A DNA stretch of 64,000 nt from Octopus sinensis (GCF_006345805.1 NC_043006.1:42842001-42906000), one strand, 5' to 3'. Shown: positions 24,970-38,158, counted from the stretch's first letter. Made by a program: numbers and translations. The notes: generated by a model not told the origin, from the letters alone.

Positions 24970-25660
24970 GGTGAGGTGGAAGAGGAGAAGGAAGAGGGGG
25001 AAGAAGTAGGAGAGGAGGAAGGGGGGGGGAGGGGGAGGAGGAAGGGGGAAGAGGAAGAGAAGGAGAAGAAGAAGAAGGGGAGGAGGATGTAGTAGTAGAA
25101 GGAGGAAGAGGAAGAGAAGGAGAAAGAAGTGGAGAAGGTTGGAAAAGGGGAAGAAACAGAAGAGGAAGGGAAGGAGGAGGAGGAGGGGAAGAAGAAGAAG
25201 GAGGAAGGAGGATGTAGTAGTAGAAGGAGGAAGAGGAAGTGAAGGAGAAAGAAGTGGAGAAGGTGGAAGAAGGGGAAGAAATAGAAGAGGAAGGGGAGAA
25301 GGAAGAAGAAGAAGAAGAAGAAGAAGAAGAAGGGGAGGAGGATGTAGTAGTAGAAGGAGGAAGAGAAAGAGAAGGAGAAAGAAGTGGAGAAGGTGGAAGT
25401 AGGGGAAGAAATAGAAGAGGAAGGGGAGAAGGAAGAAGAAGAAGAAGGAGAAGAAGAAGAAGAAGAAGAAGAAGAAGAAGAAGAAGAAGAAGAAGAAGGG
25501 AAGGAGGATGTAGTAGTAGAAGGAGGAAGAGAAAGAGAAGGAGAAAGAAGTGGAGAAGGTGGAAGAAGGGGAAGAAATAGAAGAGGAAGGGGAGAAGGAA
25601 GAAGAAGAAGGAGAAGAAGAAGAAGAAGAAGAAGAAGAAGAAGAAGAAGATTGTAGTAGC
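24970..25660. repeat. Purine-rich higher-order VNTR (~125-165 bp units)
   Basis: Anchor ggatgtagtagtagaaggagg recurs four times, plus a partial fifth, with variable (GAA)n. Confidence 0.9.
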
Positions 25661-26173
25661 AGACAACATATATAGATTTTTATGTAGTAATTCACCTCCC
25701 CCAAAGTCCGTGGTAACTAACATCTGCAGGTTGTCTACAAGATGTTTGCTGATATGCTAAAGTTTGATCAAGCTAGAAATAAAGTTCCACAAAGCAACAT
25801 TCATGTATTTATATATAACACATTTGAGGTATAATAAGAAAGATTTCGTTTGTATTGGGTTGTGAGTGACAGATTTGGTATTTGCAGCTGACAAAGTGAA
25901 AGGACAGAGAAATGCATGCATCCTATGATCCAGTGACATCATTTACAATCTAAAAATGTGTCTTTGCATTTGTCTAGGAAGAGAAATTTTTCCCTAAACT
26001 ATTTCTGGTTTGAAAAGTCATACATCTGAACGCACTTTGAACAGGGTATTTACGACTTTCCACAAATATACACATGCATATCAATATATATATACACATA
26101 GACACAGACAAACAAACACAGACACACACATACATACACACACATATATATATATGAGTGTATATATATATGA

Positions 26174-26210
<37 letters not shown>

Positions 26211-26392
26211 TATATATACAGGTGTAGGAGTAGCTGTGTGGTAGTTAGCTTACTTACTACCCATGGTTCCAGTTCAGTCCCACTGCATAGTACTTTGGGC
26301 AAGTGTCTTCTACTATAGCCTCGGGCCAACCAAAGCTTTGTGAGTGGATTTGGTAGACGAAAACTGAAAGCCTGTTGCATATATGTATATAA

Positions 26393-26433
<41 letters not shown>

Positions 26434-26581
26434 TATATTATATATATATATATATATATGTATGTTATGTATGTATATGTATATATTATATACCAGAGTA
26501 AACACATAAATATGAAACAAGGTGGAAAAAAGAGTACTCAAATACCAGTGGTAGAGTAATATGCTTTATTTAAAGCAGCAG

Positions 26582-26692
26582 AAAATTCAACAAAACCTGT
26601 TACTCTGAGTTTCACGTTGCTGTTCATCGGACAGTTTTTGCTAGTGATGAACGGCAACGTGAAACTCAGAGTAACAGGTTTTGTTAAATTTT
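26582..26692. ncRNA. Inverted repeat of a minimal hammerhead-like motif
   Basis: Arms 26582-26628 and 26646-26692; minus arm ctgt-CCGATGA-acagcaacgt-GAAAC-tcaga-GTA-acag. Confidence 0.65.
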
Positions 26693-27866
26693 AGGGACTT
26701 GATTAGTAAGCGGGTCCTGTTGCACTGTTTAGGCAGAAGCAAATTTCTGATTAGCATAATTGGGCATCCAAACCTTTGTCTAAGAATGCGAAGTGGAAGC
26801 CCTGCTGGCTCCAATGAGTTGAGAAACTCGATAGCGTAATTGACAATGTCTTAGGGGTCAGGGATCTGGTCAATCGATTTGTAGATGCGCTCCTCACCTG
26901 GGATTCGACTTATGAGCTGGTCGTTGATAACACTGACAGCTACGTTTTGGGGGGCCAGGATGGTTCTTTCACTGAGTCAATTGATGTCTGCATAATTACT
27001 TTCCAGATTGGGGAACACTGTTTCCAAAAGATCGGAAGGGTTGACCACGGTGTTGCACGGATCAGAGATGGATATGTCACCCCTATCATTCCTAGGGACC
27101 TTGCCTTCTCCAAGGGCTAAAATGTCTTCAGTAAATGCTGCAGACGTGCTATCACCAAGCAAGTGCGCACGCATGTTTGTGCTTAGGCTTAAGGTCTTAA
27201 CCTGGAGCCACAATGGAAATTTTACCCATTTATATTGTGTAATTCACTGACAAATTGTTACCTACCTCTTTGTTTCTATGTTGTTAAATAAATGAATCCT
27301 CAACGGAACACTTTTTTCCTCAACGTAGAATAAAAACAAAACTCTTTCACGCCCAAAGTAATGTGTGGGTGTGAAATGGGGGGGGGGAGAAAGATGAACG
27401 ATTTAAAATAAATATATTTTAATTGTTGTGTGAGAAAGTATATATAATCTGATTATAAAATATAGTGTCTTTCAAAAATATCCTAAATTTGAATACTATA
27501 TCTCATGTTTAAGAAAGAAACATTTTACATTTTCATTTTTGGTGAATGCTGTCACTCTCTCTCTCCCTCACACACATACATCAACACACAACTTCTTTCT
27601 CCCTCACACACACACACATTTTCACTTCGCTATGGTAAGAAGGGAGTTAACTCATGTTAGTAAACTTCAAAATTGGTAAAAGTTTAGGTTGAAAATCAAT
27701 TTTTACCGCTACCCACGGGTGCCTTGGGAAAAATAATTTAATGAAAATACAGCTAGGGTCATGACGAATGTCCTCCTAAAATTGGAGTGACATGTGTGCT
27801 AATTTGTGGATGTGCATAAATTACATTCACATACACACACACACACATCCTGCCTTTTATATATAC

Positions 27867-27869
<3 letters not shown>
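26693..27869 (-). mobile_element. Helitron remnant with PIF1-like helicase fragment (26693-27215)
   Basis: LSLSTNMRAH...LALGEGK...VFPNL...ILAPQN...FLNSLEPAGLP...PIMLIRNL...CNRTRL; 5' TC end at 27869 followed by tatataaaagg and TG tract. Confidence 0.85.
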
Positions 27870-27903
<34 letters not shown>

Positions 27904-28122
27904 GCAGGATGTATGTGTGTGTGTGTGTGTGTGTGTATGTGAATGTAATTTATGCATGTCCACAAATTGTGTGTATGTGTGTGTGTGTCTTTCTCTCTCT
28001 CGATATTATATATATATATATATATATATCGAGAGAGAGAGAGAGACACACACACACTTACACACACACATACACATACTTACACACACACTCATACACA
28101 CACACATACAAACAAACACACA

Positions 28123-28163
<41 letters not shown>

Positions 28164-28176
28164 TGTGTGTGTCAAA

Positions 28177-28252
28177 GTTTCATGGTGTAGTGGTTAACAC
28201 ATCTGCTTAATTTAACATGCAGAAGGTTGTGAGTTAAAAACTCGCTGAAACC
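28177..28252 (+). pseudogene. tRNA-Val(AAC)-like pseudogene
   Basis: Acceptor gtttca/tgaaac, D region tggtgtagtggtt, anticodon arm tctgc..aac..gcaga with 5-nt insertion, mutated T loop, downstream T6. Confidence 0.7.
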
Positions 28253-28487
28253 TACGATAGCATTTTTTAATGGTGGTAGTCCAGCACAGCTCCAGCTCGG
28301 GCTGCAACCAGTAGGAGAATAGAAGAACACAGGTACATTTACATATAATCAGGTGATGTTATACAAATAGCAAATCATGAATAATCTACAATTGTTACAA
28401 CAAGCAGAACAATATAAATACAATCAGTCAAATTAAACAGGCAGTATCAATCCACTTTACTTATCTAGTCTGTCATTGACAAGTGAA

Positions 28488-29290
<803 letters not shown>

Positions 29291-30652
29291 ATATGAGCAC
29301 ACATACATTTATCATTGATATGGAAATAAAATAAGAAAAATCACTCACTGTAGCAAGTCGCATGCATTTGAACAGCAAATATGAATAAAGTTATATTAAA
29401 CACTGTACAAAATAAATTCTTGATTTATTGAAATTAGTTGTACTTCCAAGGAAATTAAGCCATTTTCCTGTTGGCAATTGAAACTAAATCGAAATGACAA
29501 GGGGAGTTAATCTCAAGAATCAAGATTTCTACAAAATTGACATGCCATTAAAGAAAGGATGGCTTGATTGTTTAGCAAAAAGTGGCCATGCAGTGAAAAC
29601 ATGTTTCTGCCTTCATAAGAATCATCAGCACATGGTTGTTCTACTTGGTTTAATCCCACTGAGTGGAATCTTGGGCCCACATCAGGTTTTATAATTTTCG
29701 GTTGATCCATACATTGCAAGTGGAATGTGGTAAATGGAAGCTGTGCACAAGCCTGTCAAATGTATCATATCAGTAATTCGTTTTGTTAATGAAGAGCTGA
29801 GGAGCAGTATCCATTACCTGTGCAGCTCCTCTCCATATGGTTGTGACTGATGTAGCCTATGTCTGCCTGAACATCTACACATTCTATACATCAATGTCTG
29901 CAGGATAAAAGCATGGATGAGAAATGACCTGACCTAAAAGTTCTCAACCCAATGATCCTGGCTAAATATATCAAATAACCAGCTGTTTTTATAATCTCCA
30001 TGTAGGGAAATGCGCGTATTGTTATCTGTATATGTATTTGAATGTGTGATTGCAGAGAAAGACAGGGAGAAAGGGAGAGAGTATGTCTTCATTGCTTTGT
30101 TTTTTTTTATTTTTATACAGCAATTTGCTAACAAAACCATCATTGGTTAGTTTCTAATAAGCCAATAAGTACAGTTTTACAGTTTTATAGCGGCAGAACA
30201 AATATTTGAAGGAAATTTATTCATAAAGCGCTGGATTTTTGATCAGTTTGTTAACGTCTATATTTTTCACCGATGTACATTCACCGAAGATTGTATACAC
30301 ATGTAAAACTCCAGCCAAAACAGTCACAGAAGTTCAATGCAGGCTTTGGCCTGGCCGGCTCTTGTGGTACCATCCCGCCCTTGCTAGCATGGAACATGGA
30401 TGGATGGATGGATGGATGGATGGATGGATGGATGGATGGATGGATGGATGGATGGATGGATAGGTAGGTAGGTAGATAGATATGTTTCTTTATTAGCAAT
30501 TCAGGGTTGAACATAGATGGGACAAATTACAAAGTAGAGCTTTTCTTTTTGGGGAGAAAAAAATAAGTGGGGTAGGTTTTTGATCAAAAGGGATCGTAGA
30601 AAGGAATAATAAAAAAAGAAAAAAAGAAAAGAAAAAAGAAAGAAAAAATGGG

Positions 30653-30685
<33 letters not shown>

Positions 30686-31242
30686 GTGTGTATTCTATAT
30701 ACAAATTTATATATGTACTTATGAATATATGTATGTTTTCTTTTTGTTTTAATTTAGGGTTAATTCTGACCAGCCACCAGCTTAGTAACAAGTTTGTGAA
30801 GGAAAGCATCTTGTTTTGTCCATCAGCCTTTAAATCTTAAGAAGGACTTGCAGATTGGGTTGGTAGATATCCTGTGGCTTCTATGATTATAGGTATGAAA
30901 CTGAAATTTTCTCTTTCTCCTATATTTTTCTGGCCACAATAACATCCAATATCAACTGATTTCCATAACAGAGCGTATATTTTTCTTATGGTTCCATACA
31001 TTCAAAATCTGGCTAGTTGTGTACTTGGTGACTGTTTTAATTCCTAAGCTCCTCCAATGTTTTTTTTTATATCCATCGCTCTCAGTATAATCAACACAGT
31101 TCGTATTTCCTTTTTCTTATCCTGATAATGTATGTCTGTGTGTATAGAGTGTTTGGATTACGTTTGACAGTTTGCATAAAAGGCAAAGAAAACATACTAT
31201 GCCATCCAAAAATAAGAGTATTTTTAAAAATCAAATATATCA

Positions 31243-31895
31243 AGGTGCAGGCATGGCTGTGTGGTAAGAAGCTTGCTTTCCAACCACATGGGTCCGGGTT
31301 CAGTACCACAGCATGGCACTTTGGGTGAGTGTCTTCTACTACATCCTCAGGCCAACCAAAGCTTTGTGAGTGGATTTGGTAGATAGAAACTGAAAGAAGC
31401 CCGTCGTATATATATTTTATTTCTTTTATTGGTTTCAGTCATTTGACTGTGGCCATGCTGGAGCACCATCTTTAGTCGAGCAAATCGACCCCAGGACTTA
31501 TTCTTTGTAAGCCTAGTACTTATTCTATTGGTCTCTCTTGCTGAACTGCTAAGTGGCAGGGACGTAAACACACCAACATCAGTTGTCAAGTGATGTTGGG
31601 TGGACAAACACAGGCATACAAACATATACACACACATACACACACACAACACACACACACACACACATATATATATTTCAGTTTCCGTATGTATATGCAT
31701 GTATTTGTGTGTCTGTGTTTGTCCCCATCACCATTGCTTGACAACCAATGTTGGTGTGTTTAAGTCCTCGTAAAAGAGACCAATAGAATAAGTACTAGGC
31801 TTACAAAGAATAAGTCCTGGGGTCAACTTGTTTGACTAAAGGTGGTGCTCCAGCATGGCCACTGTCAGATGACTGAAACAAGTAAAAGAATAAAA
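31243..31895. mobile_element. SINE family A (+) with an inverted 3' module of another copy inside its microsatellite
   Basis: Head 31243-31410 (+), 3' module ~31415-31620 (-), 3' module ~31700-31895 (+). Confidence 0.85.
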
Positions 31896-31989
31896 GAAAA
31901 AGAAAAGAAAAGTGGATTATAACTGGGAGATAACAGCTCACTCAAGGTATCCACCCTCAGCTTCCACCTCAGCATCAAGACAGCTCCAG

Positions 31990-32275
31990 AACCCCTGATA
32001 CTGAATTCCTCATTGTGTCCTTGGGAAGGTCTTTGAACACCTCCTATCATGATATATCATGACTGCGATTTTACTTGGCTTGATGGGTCTTATTCTCAAG
32101 CATGACATAATGCCAAAGGTCTCGGTCATTGCCTCTGTGAGGCCCATTGCTCAAAAAGAACTCAGCCACTTTGCCTTCATAAGACCCAACGCTCAAAAGG
32201 AACTCAGTCGCTTTACCTCTGTGAGGCTCATTGCTCAAAAGGAACTCAGCCATTTTTCTCTCCATGAGGCCCAGT
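31990..32275 (-). mobile_element. LINE 3' UTR-like fragment with 42-bp tandem repeat x ~3.4 (32131-32273)
   Basis: Unit gcctctgtgaggcccattgctcaaaaagaactcagccacttt; adjacent sequence resembles 4065-4105. Confidence 0.65.
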
Positions 32276-32334
32276 TTGGCCTTGGTGTTGCAAGCCAAGT
32301 GGCTAGTGTCTTTCTCAGCCATGCCCTGCACTTA

Positions 32335-32830
32335 GTAAACCATGGCATTACAATTGGGGAATTAGGGGCCCAGAATTTGGAGCTGGTGAAATCGCAAAAA
32401 TTCTCTGACAACCACTTTTGATTCTTTCTAGAGGTATGACAAGGAGTCAAATTCTGTTGCTACATATGTGGCCTTCCAGCAGCAATCCTCTTCAACCTGG
32501 ATTTGACTACAGTTTCCAGCAGCTTCACAGCCGTTTGAATTGAGCTTAAGGCCCTGTTCAAAGGAAAAGAGGCAGCATGACATCAACCTCACTGGAGGAG
32601 TTTGATGGAACTTGGTTTTCATGATGTTCATGTCACACCTTACAGCTTTTACAGTGTTCATAGAGCATTCAGCAGCAGTCATGATGCCATCATTTAATAC
32701 CAAACACGAATCATTGTGATGCAGGGAACTCTTTTCCAATATTCAGATGGCTTCTAATCTTCCATGTCAGCTAAATTTTTCAACTACAGCTTCAATCTTT
32801 ATGTTCTTCAGCACCATTTATTGTTCACCA
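32335..32830 (-). pseudogene. Tc1/mariner-superfamily transposase remnant (maT/DD37D-like)
   Basis: MKTKF...FEQGLKLNSNG...AGRPH..QQN.TPCHTSRKNQKWLSENFCDFTSSKFWAPNSP. Confidence 0.75.
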
Positions 32831-32899
32831 ATACATCAAGCTGTTCCAAAAAGAAAAAGGCATAAAAAATGTCAAATTTACCCCAAACATTTAATATGT

Positions 32900-32941
<42 letters not shown>

Positions 32942-32943
32942 TG

Positions 32944-32997
<54 letters not shown>

Positions 32998-33040
32998 ATA
33001 TATACATCATCATCATATATATATATATATATAGTGTGTG

Positions 33041-33073
<33 letters not shown>

Positions 33074-33076
<3 letters not shown>

Positions 33077-33360
33077 AGGCGCAATGGCCCAGTGGTTAGG
33101 GCAGCGGACTCGCGGTCATAGGATTGCGGTTTCGATTCCCAGACCGGGCGTTGTGAGTGTTTATTGAGCGAAAACACCTAAAAGCTGCACGAGGCTCCGG
33201 CAGGGGGTGGTGATCCCTGCTGTACCCTTTCACCACTCTTTCTTCTGTTGGCCTGCTCGCTTAGCCAGTGGGGTAGCGTAATTCGAAGACTAAAACAATG
33301 CGAACACATTGTGACCAGCGATGTGTAACTACATCTGATGGACTGGTTGGTCACGTGATT

Positions 33361-33366
<6 letters not shown>
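33074..33366 (+). mobile_element. tRNA-derived SINE, family C
   Basis: tggcccagtggttagg A box, ggtttcgattccc B box; related to 43709-44011. Confidence 0.85.
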
Positions 33367-33399
<33 letters not shown>

Positions 33400-33449
33400 A
33401 TATATATATATGTATGCATGTATGTATATATATATATATATATATATGT

Positions 33450-33775
33450 AACAAATCGACCCCGGGACTTATTCTTGGTAAGCCTAGTACTTATTCTATT
33501 AGTCAGTTTTGCTGAACCGCTAAGTTACGGTGATCTAAACACATTAATATCGCTTGTGAACTGATGGTGGGGAGACAGGCATAGGCACACAAATACACAC
33601 ATGCACACACACATACACATATACGACGAGCTTCTTTCAGTTTCTATCTACCAAATCCACTCACAAGGCTTTGGTTAACCTGAGACTATAGTAGAAAACA
33701 CTTGCCCAAGGTGCCACACAATGGGACTGAACCCAGAACCATGTGGTTAAGAAACAAGCTACTTACCACACAGCC
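33450..33775 (-). mobile_element. SINE family A, truncated
   Basis: Homology; head cut at the PLE junction. Confidence 0.85.
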
Positions 33776-35102
33776 CCCCTCACCACTATCCACACCGCCC
33801 TTGCCAGAGCACGTTCCATAGACCGTGCATCTGCTCTCTCCCCCCAAACCCACCCTGTAGTCTCCTGCCTCCTTTTTCCCCTCACTTACCACCCCACGAC
33901 CCTACCTCTCCAACGCACCATTCTTCGAGCTTTCCGGCATCTCCAGTCCGACCCGTCCATTTCACACCTCTTCCCTAACCGACCCCTCCCCTCCATCAAA
34001 CGAGCCCATAACCTACGTGACCTCTTAGTCCACAGCTTCTTCCCTGACCCTACCTCCCAACCTTGCCAACGACACACCAGTCTCACGCCATTTCTGCTCC
34101 ACTGGTCACTCCTTGCAACACCTGTCTGTGTTCGGATTGTCCTTGCACAGAGGCCATCGCCATCCGGATTGCCGTTTGCGCCGTGAACAGGAATTAATCT
34201 TCTCTCTTCGCTCCTTCATGCCATTTGGTCTCAACTCTCCCCCCCTTCTCATCTAACCTCCCCCTCCGACTCCTACTTCTCTTCAGTCCTTCATCTTTTC
34301 ACCCCATTCTCTTTCCCTCCTCTTCTTTCCTCTTTCTTCTTCCCTCTTCCCCTTCTCTCTTTCTCTCTGCTCCCTCACTCCCCTTCTCTCCCCTCCACCC
34401 TCCTTTCTCATCCCCCTCCTTTTCTCCTCTCCTTCCTTCTTCCCCCCTCACCCCCTCATCTCATATTTCTTCCCCCTCTCCCCTCATCTCATCTCTCCCC
34501 TCTCCCTCCCCCCTCATCTCCTCTCTCCCCTCCACCTCATCTCTCTTCCCTCCTCCACTCCTCCTTCCCTCTTCTCTCCACCTTTCACTCTCCCCACAAC
34601 CCCCACTCTACCCCAACCCCCAGCCAAACCCACATTCCATATGGGCTTTCCCCACCTCCCACCACACTACACTACACTACACCATACGACACTACACTAC
34701 ACCATATGACATTACACATCACATCATACATACATACATACACACGTCCAGACCTTTCATACGCACATACATACTCTCTCATACACACACGCACCCTTAT
34801 GTTGGGTCGAGGTCATTTAACCCTGTTATCTCCTCTACTTTCCCTCTTGCGTCTAACGTCTGATCTCTGACTTTTGGCCGAAATCAGACCGCCATGTTGA
34901 TTTGTTAGCTCCTGCATGCATTTTTTTTCTCTCCTTGTTTCTCTCTGTGTTTCTTTTCTGTGTATCCTTCTGTTGAAGAGCGTAGGCTCGAAACGTAAAA
35001 GACTTGTTTTATTTCCATTCCTGAGCACCATACTAATACAATTGTTAGTTTGTACTCCACCTGCCTCCGTCTTTTGTTTATTTTCGTAAAGCTTCCTGTT
35101 AT
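33776..35102 (+). mobile_element. 5'-truncated Penelope-like element (Neptune-type): RT thumb/linker, partial GIY-YIG C-terminus, pyrimidine-rich UTR, pLTR
   Basis: PLTYHP...ILRAFRHLQSDP...LFPNRPLPSIKRAHNLRDLLVHS, then TPVSRHFCSTGHS...RREQELIFSL...GLN. Confidence 0.85.
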
Positions 35103-35122
35103 ATATAAATGTATATGTATAT

Positions 35123-35187
<65 letters not shown>

Positions 35188-35189
35188 TA

Positions 35190-35220
<31 letters not shown>

Positions 35221-36699
35221 TGGATGGATGGATGGATGTATACGTATGTATGTATTCAGTCAATGTGTCACAGGTCAATTCACTGTCTGCCTCCAGTCAG
35301 AATGCCAACACATTATTAAGTGGTGCTTAAACAATATATTGAACTGGCATTAAGAAATACAAACTTTCTCTTCCTATTGATATTAAGACGTGGAGAATAA
35401 TAGAAATTGAAATGAAGTGTTGAAAAAAAAAAGAAATTAAGAAACAAATGGAAGAATTTAAATAAAATCCTTACTTTTGTAAAAATTTCTTTCTGGCTTT
35501 ATCTAATTTCTTTTTTTTTTATTTTATAGAACGCATCCAAACAGATAAATACATGTACAATAATACATATAAGAATATAGACAGAAACGTATATAATTCT
35601 TAGGTATTAATATGTAAGAAAAGAAAAAAACTTACGTTAAAACATATTTATTAAAATAATTTATTTATTTAAAAATTTATCAAGAACACAAACAAACCAA
35701 AACAAAAAAAAAATAGATAAATATATCTGACAACTAAAAACTCAAGTTAATGACAAAAAAACATTGAGATATTAAAATTTCAGATTATGAACTGCTTTCA
35801 AGAACTTAAATGTTTTTTTTTGTTTTTTTTTTTTTTTTTGTTCAGAATCCGTGTCTATCACACTTCTAATGCACTTGTTTAATCTCAACATTTCGTTCTT
35901 TATTTGGCTGGTTTCTTCTGCTTGGATACATTTTTGTAATTTAGCATCTGTTTGGAACTGTTATGATCAACACATTCTTCATAACAAAATTAAATATCTT
36001 TTGATATATACGAGTTATTTTCATTGTTATTTCTCTTATATTACCAGGACTAGAATCTTAATTTATCATTTTTTTAAAACTTTAACTATTAGTGCAAACA
36101 TGGCTGTGTGGGTAAGAAGCTTGTTTCACAACCATGTGGTTTCAGGTTCAGTTTCAAAGCACAGCAATTTGGACAAGTAACTTCTATTATAGCCCGTTGT
36201 TGACCAATGCCTTGTGAGTGAATTTGGCAGATGGAAACTATGTGGAAGCCTGGTTCATTCATATGTATGTATATACACATTTCTATTTATCTATCTATCT
36301 ATCTATCTACCTATCTGACTATCTAACTCTATATATCATTGCTTAAAGTCTATTTTCCAGGCAGGTATGGGATGGATAATTTGACAGGAACTGGCAAGCC
36401 AGAGGGTTGCACCAGGTTCCAGTTGTGTATTTTGCCATGGTTTCTATGGCTAGATACCCATCCTAATGTCAGCCACTTTTCTAGACTGTACTGGGTGCTT
36501 TTACGTGGTGCAACATAGGTGCTTTTTTTACACAGAGCTAGCTTTCAGTGTCTACCATTGACAAGGCCAAGGAAGACTGAAACCATATGATATGGTAGCT
36601 CAAGTGGTGGCACTAAGCAATATAAAGAAGAGTCATTATATGCACAAAAGTTTGTGATAGGTTTTTTTCACAGTATCTATCACAGTATTCTGAGTTCTA

Positions 36700-37140
36700 A
36701 CACAGCACCCACTTTTAAAAGGGGATAAATATTACCTTTTGTTATTAATACTGCTTCTGTTGTTCTGAATTATTTTTTAACAAGCCCACTGGCTATTTGT
36801 GACACTAGTGCCTGCTTAGGTACTGAGATTACTTTCATGCTTGCATGAAGTTAGTCCCAATGCTGGAGTCAACTTTACTCAAATCTTTGGACTGAGGAGA
36901 AGCAGGACTGGTGCCAGGTCCTGTATTCTGAAAGTGTGCTTTCTCAGGACGAAAAGAGAATGTTGCATCATTTCAGATTGCTTTTACTTTGTTTTTGAAG
37001 TACAAGAGTGGCCTTCCAACTGACTTTGCAGCTGGAACTTGTCTAAAGATAAATTGCTTTGGAATTTTGATATCACTCATATGTGAGAGATGACCTGACC
37101 ATCTAAACTGTATTTCAATGAGGATAGTACCTCACTGTTA
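36700..37140 (-). pseudogene. RTE-BovB-like LINE ORF C-terminal remnant
   Basis: RWSGHLSHMSDIKIPKQFIFRQVPAAKSVGRPLLYFKNKVK resembles LRW.GHV.RM.D.R.PKQ...GRP.LRFKD. Confidence 0.7.
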
Positions 37141-37180
37141 TGAATATGGTCGCTTGAAGATAGTACACAAGTATATATCG

Positions 37181-37514
37181 AAAACCCCCTTCAGTCATGA
37201 ATGACCACGGGTTGCACCTAGAAAGTTACCCTCTCAGGCACAAGTCTGGGCAAGGTTGTTTATGGAAGGCCAGCAGTCACCCATGCATACCAGCCTCCCC
37301 TCTCCATGCCACCAATGTTATCCAAGAGAAAGGCAAAGGCCAATGCACCTTGAAACCAGTGACATCACATCTCATTTCTACAGCTGAGTGAACTGGAGTA
37401 ACGTGAAATAAAGTGTCTTGCTCAAGAACACAACACACAGCCCTGTCCAGTATTTGAACTCACAACCCCATGGTTGTAAGTTCAATGCCCTAACCACTGA
37501 GCCATGCACTTTCA
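37181..37514 (-). mobile_element. tRNA-derived SINE, family D (CORE-like ttgagcaagacacttt segment)
   Basis: A box tggctcagtggttagg, B box gagttcaaatac; copies at 45633-45937 and 49510-49830. Confidence 0.82.
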
Positions 37515-37678
37515 CACAAGCATATATATATATATATATATAATTTAGTGAAGGGAAGAAATGGAGCTGAACAAAGATTCTACAGAATTCCGTTTTTTCT
37601 GTTGTGATTTTTGCTACCCAGGTATCGGTTAAATTTTGAATAATCCGTAACAAGATAATTCATTTATCCATTTCAATA

Positions 37679-37723
<45 letters not shown>

Positions 37724-37734
37724 ATATATATATC

Positions 37735-38055
37735 AGGTCTATCGACTCTCCATGTTTTCGTTCGGTTTCCCTATATGTCTCCACTATCCTGTTTTTTTCT
37801 GCTAACTTTGACCCTCCATAAATCCCAAATTTTATTTTGGTATTTATGGAAGCAACTGTCTTCGAAGACTCATATTGTCGTTGATTGCTCGAAATGGGGA
37901 GTAGATAGATAGCCGACAACTGATGAAGGGTCATTCTTTGTATTCTTTCTATTACATGTCTGGTTTTCCATTTTCTCTCTCTCGTTATTTGCATATTTAA
38001 CTTATTTGTTTTCGTATTTCATGTTGTTTACTGTTGGTGATGTCCTGTACCCATA
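37735..38055 (+). mobile_element. Short dispersed repeat, probable PLE terminus
   Basis: Homologous to 13185-13445; contains ctgatgaaggg. Confidence 0.6.
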
Positions 38056-38074
38056 CATATATATATATAATATA

Positions 38075-38135
<61 letters not shown>

Positions 38136-38158
38136 ATATTTACATATATATATTTATA

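Noticed and set aside
24192-25723. Long Ser/Pro/Leu- and Arg/Glu-rich ORFs up to 269 aa
   Set aside because: Arise from purine tandem repeats open in several frames on both strands
33074-33145. Functional tRNA genes at SINE heads
   Set aside because: Heads continue into SINE bodies and lack complete cloverleaves
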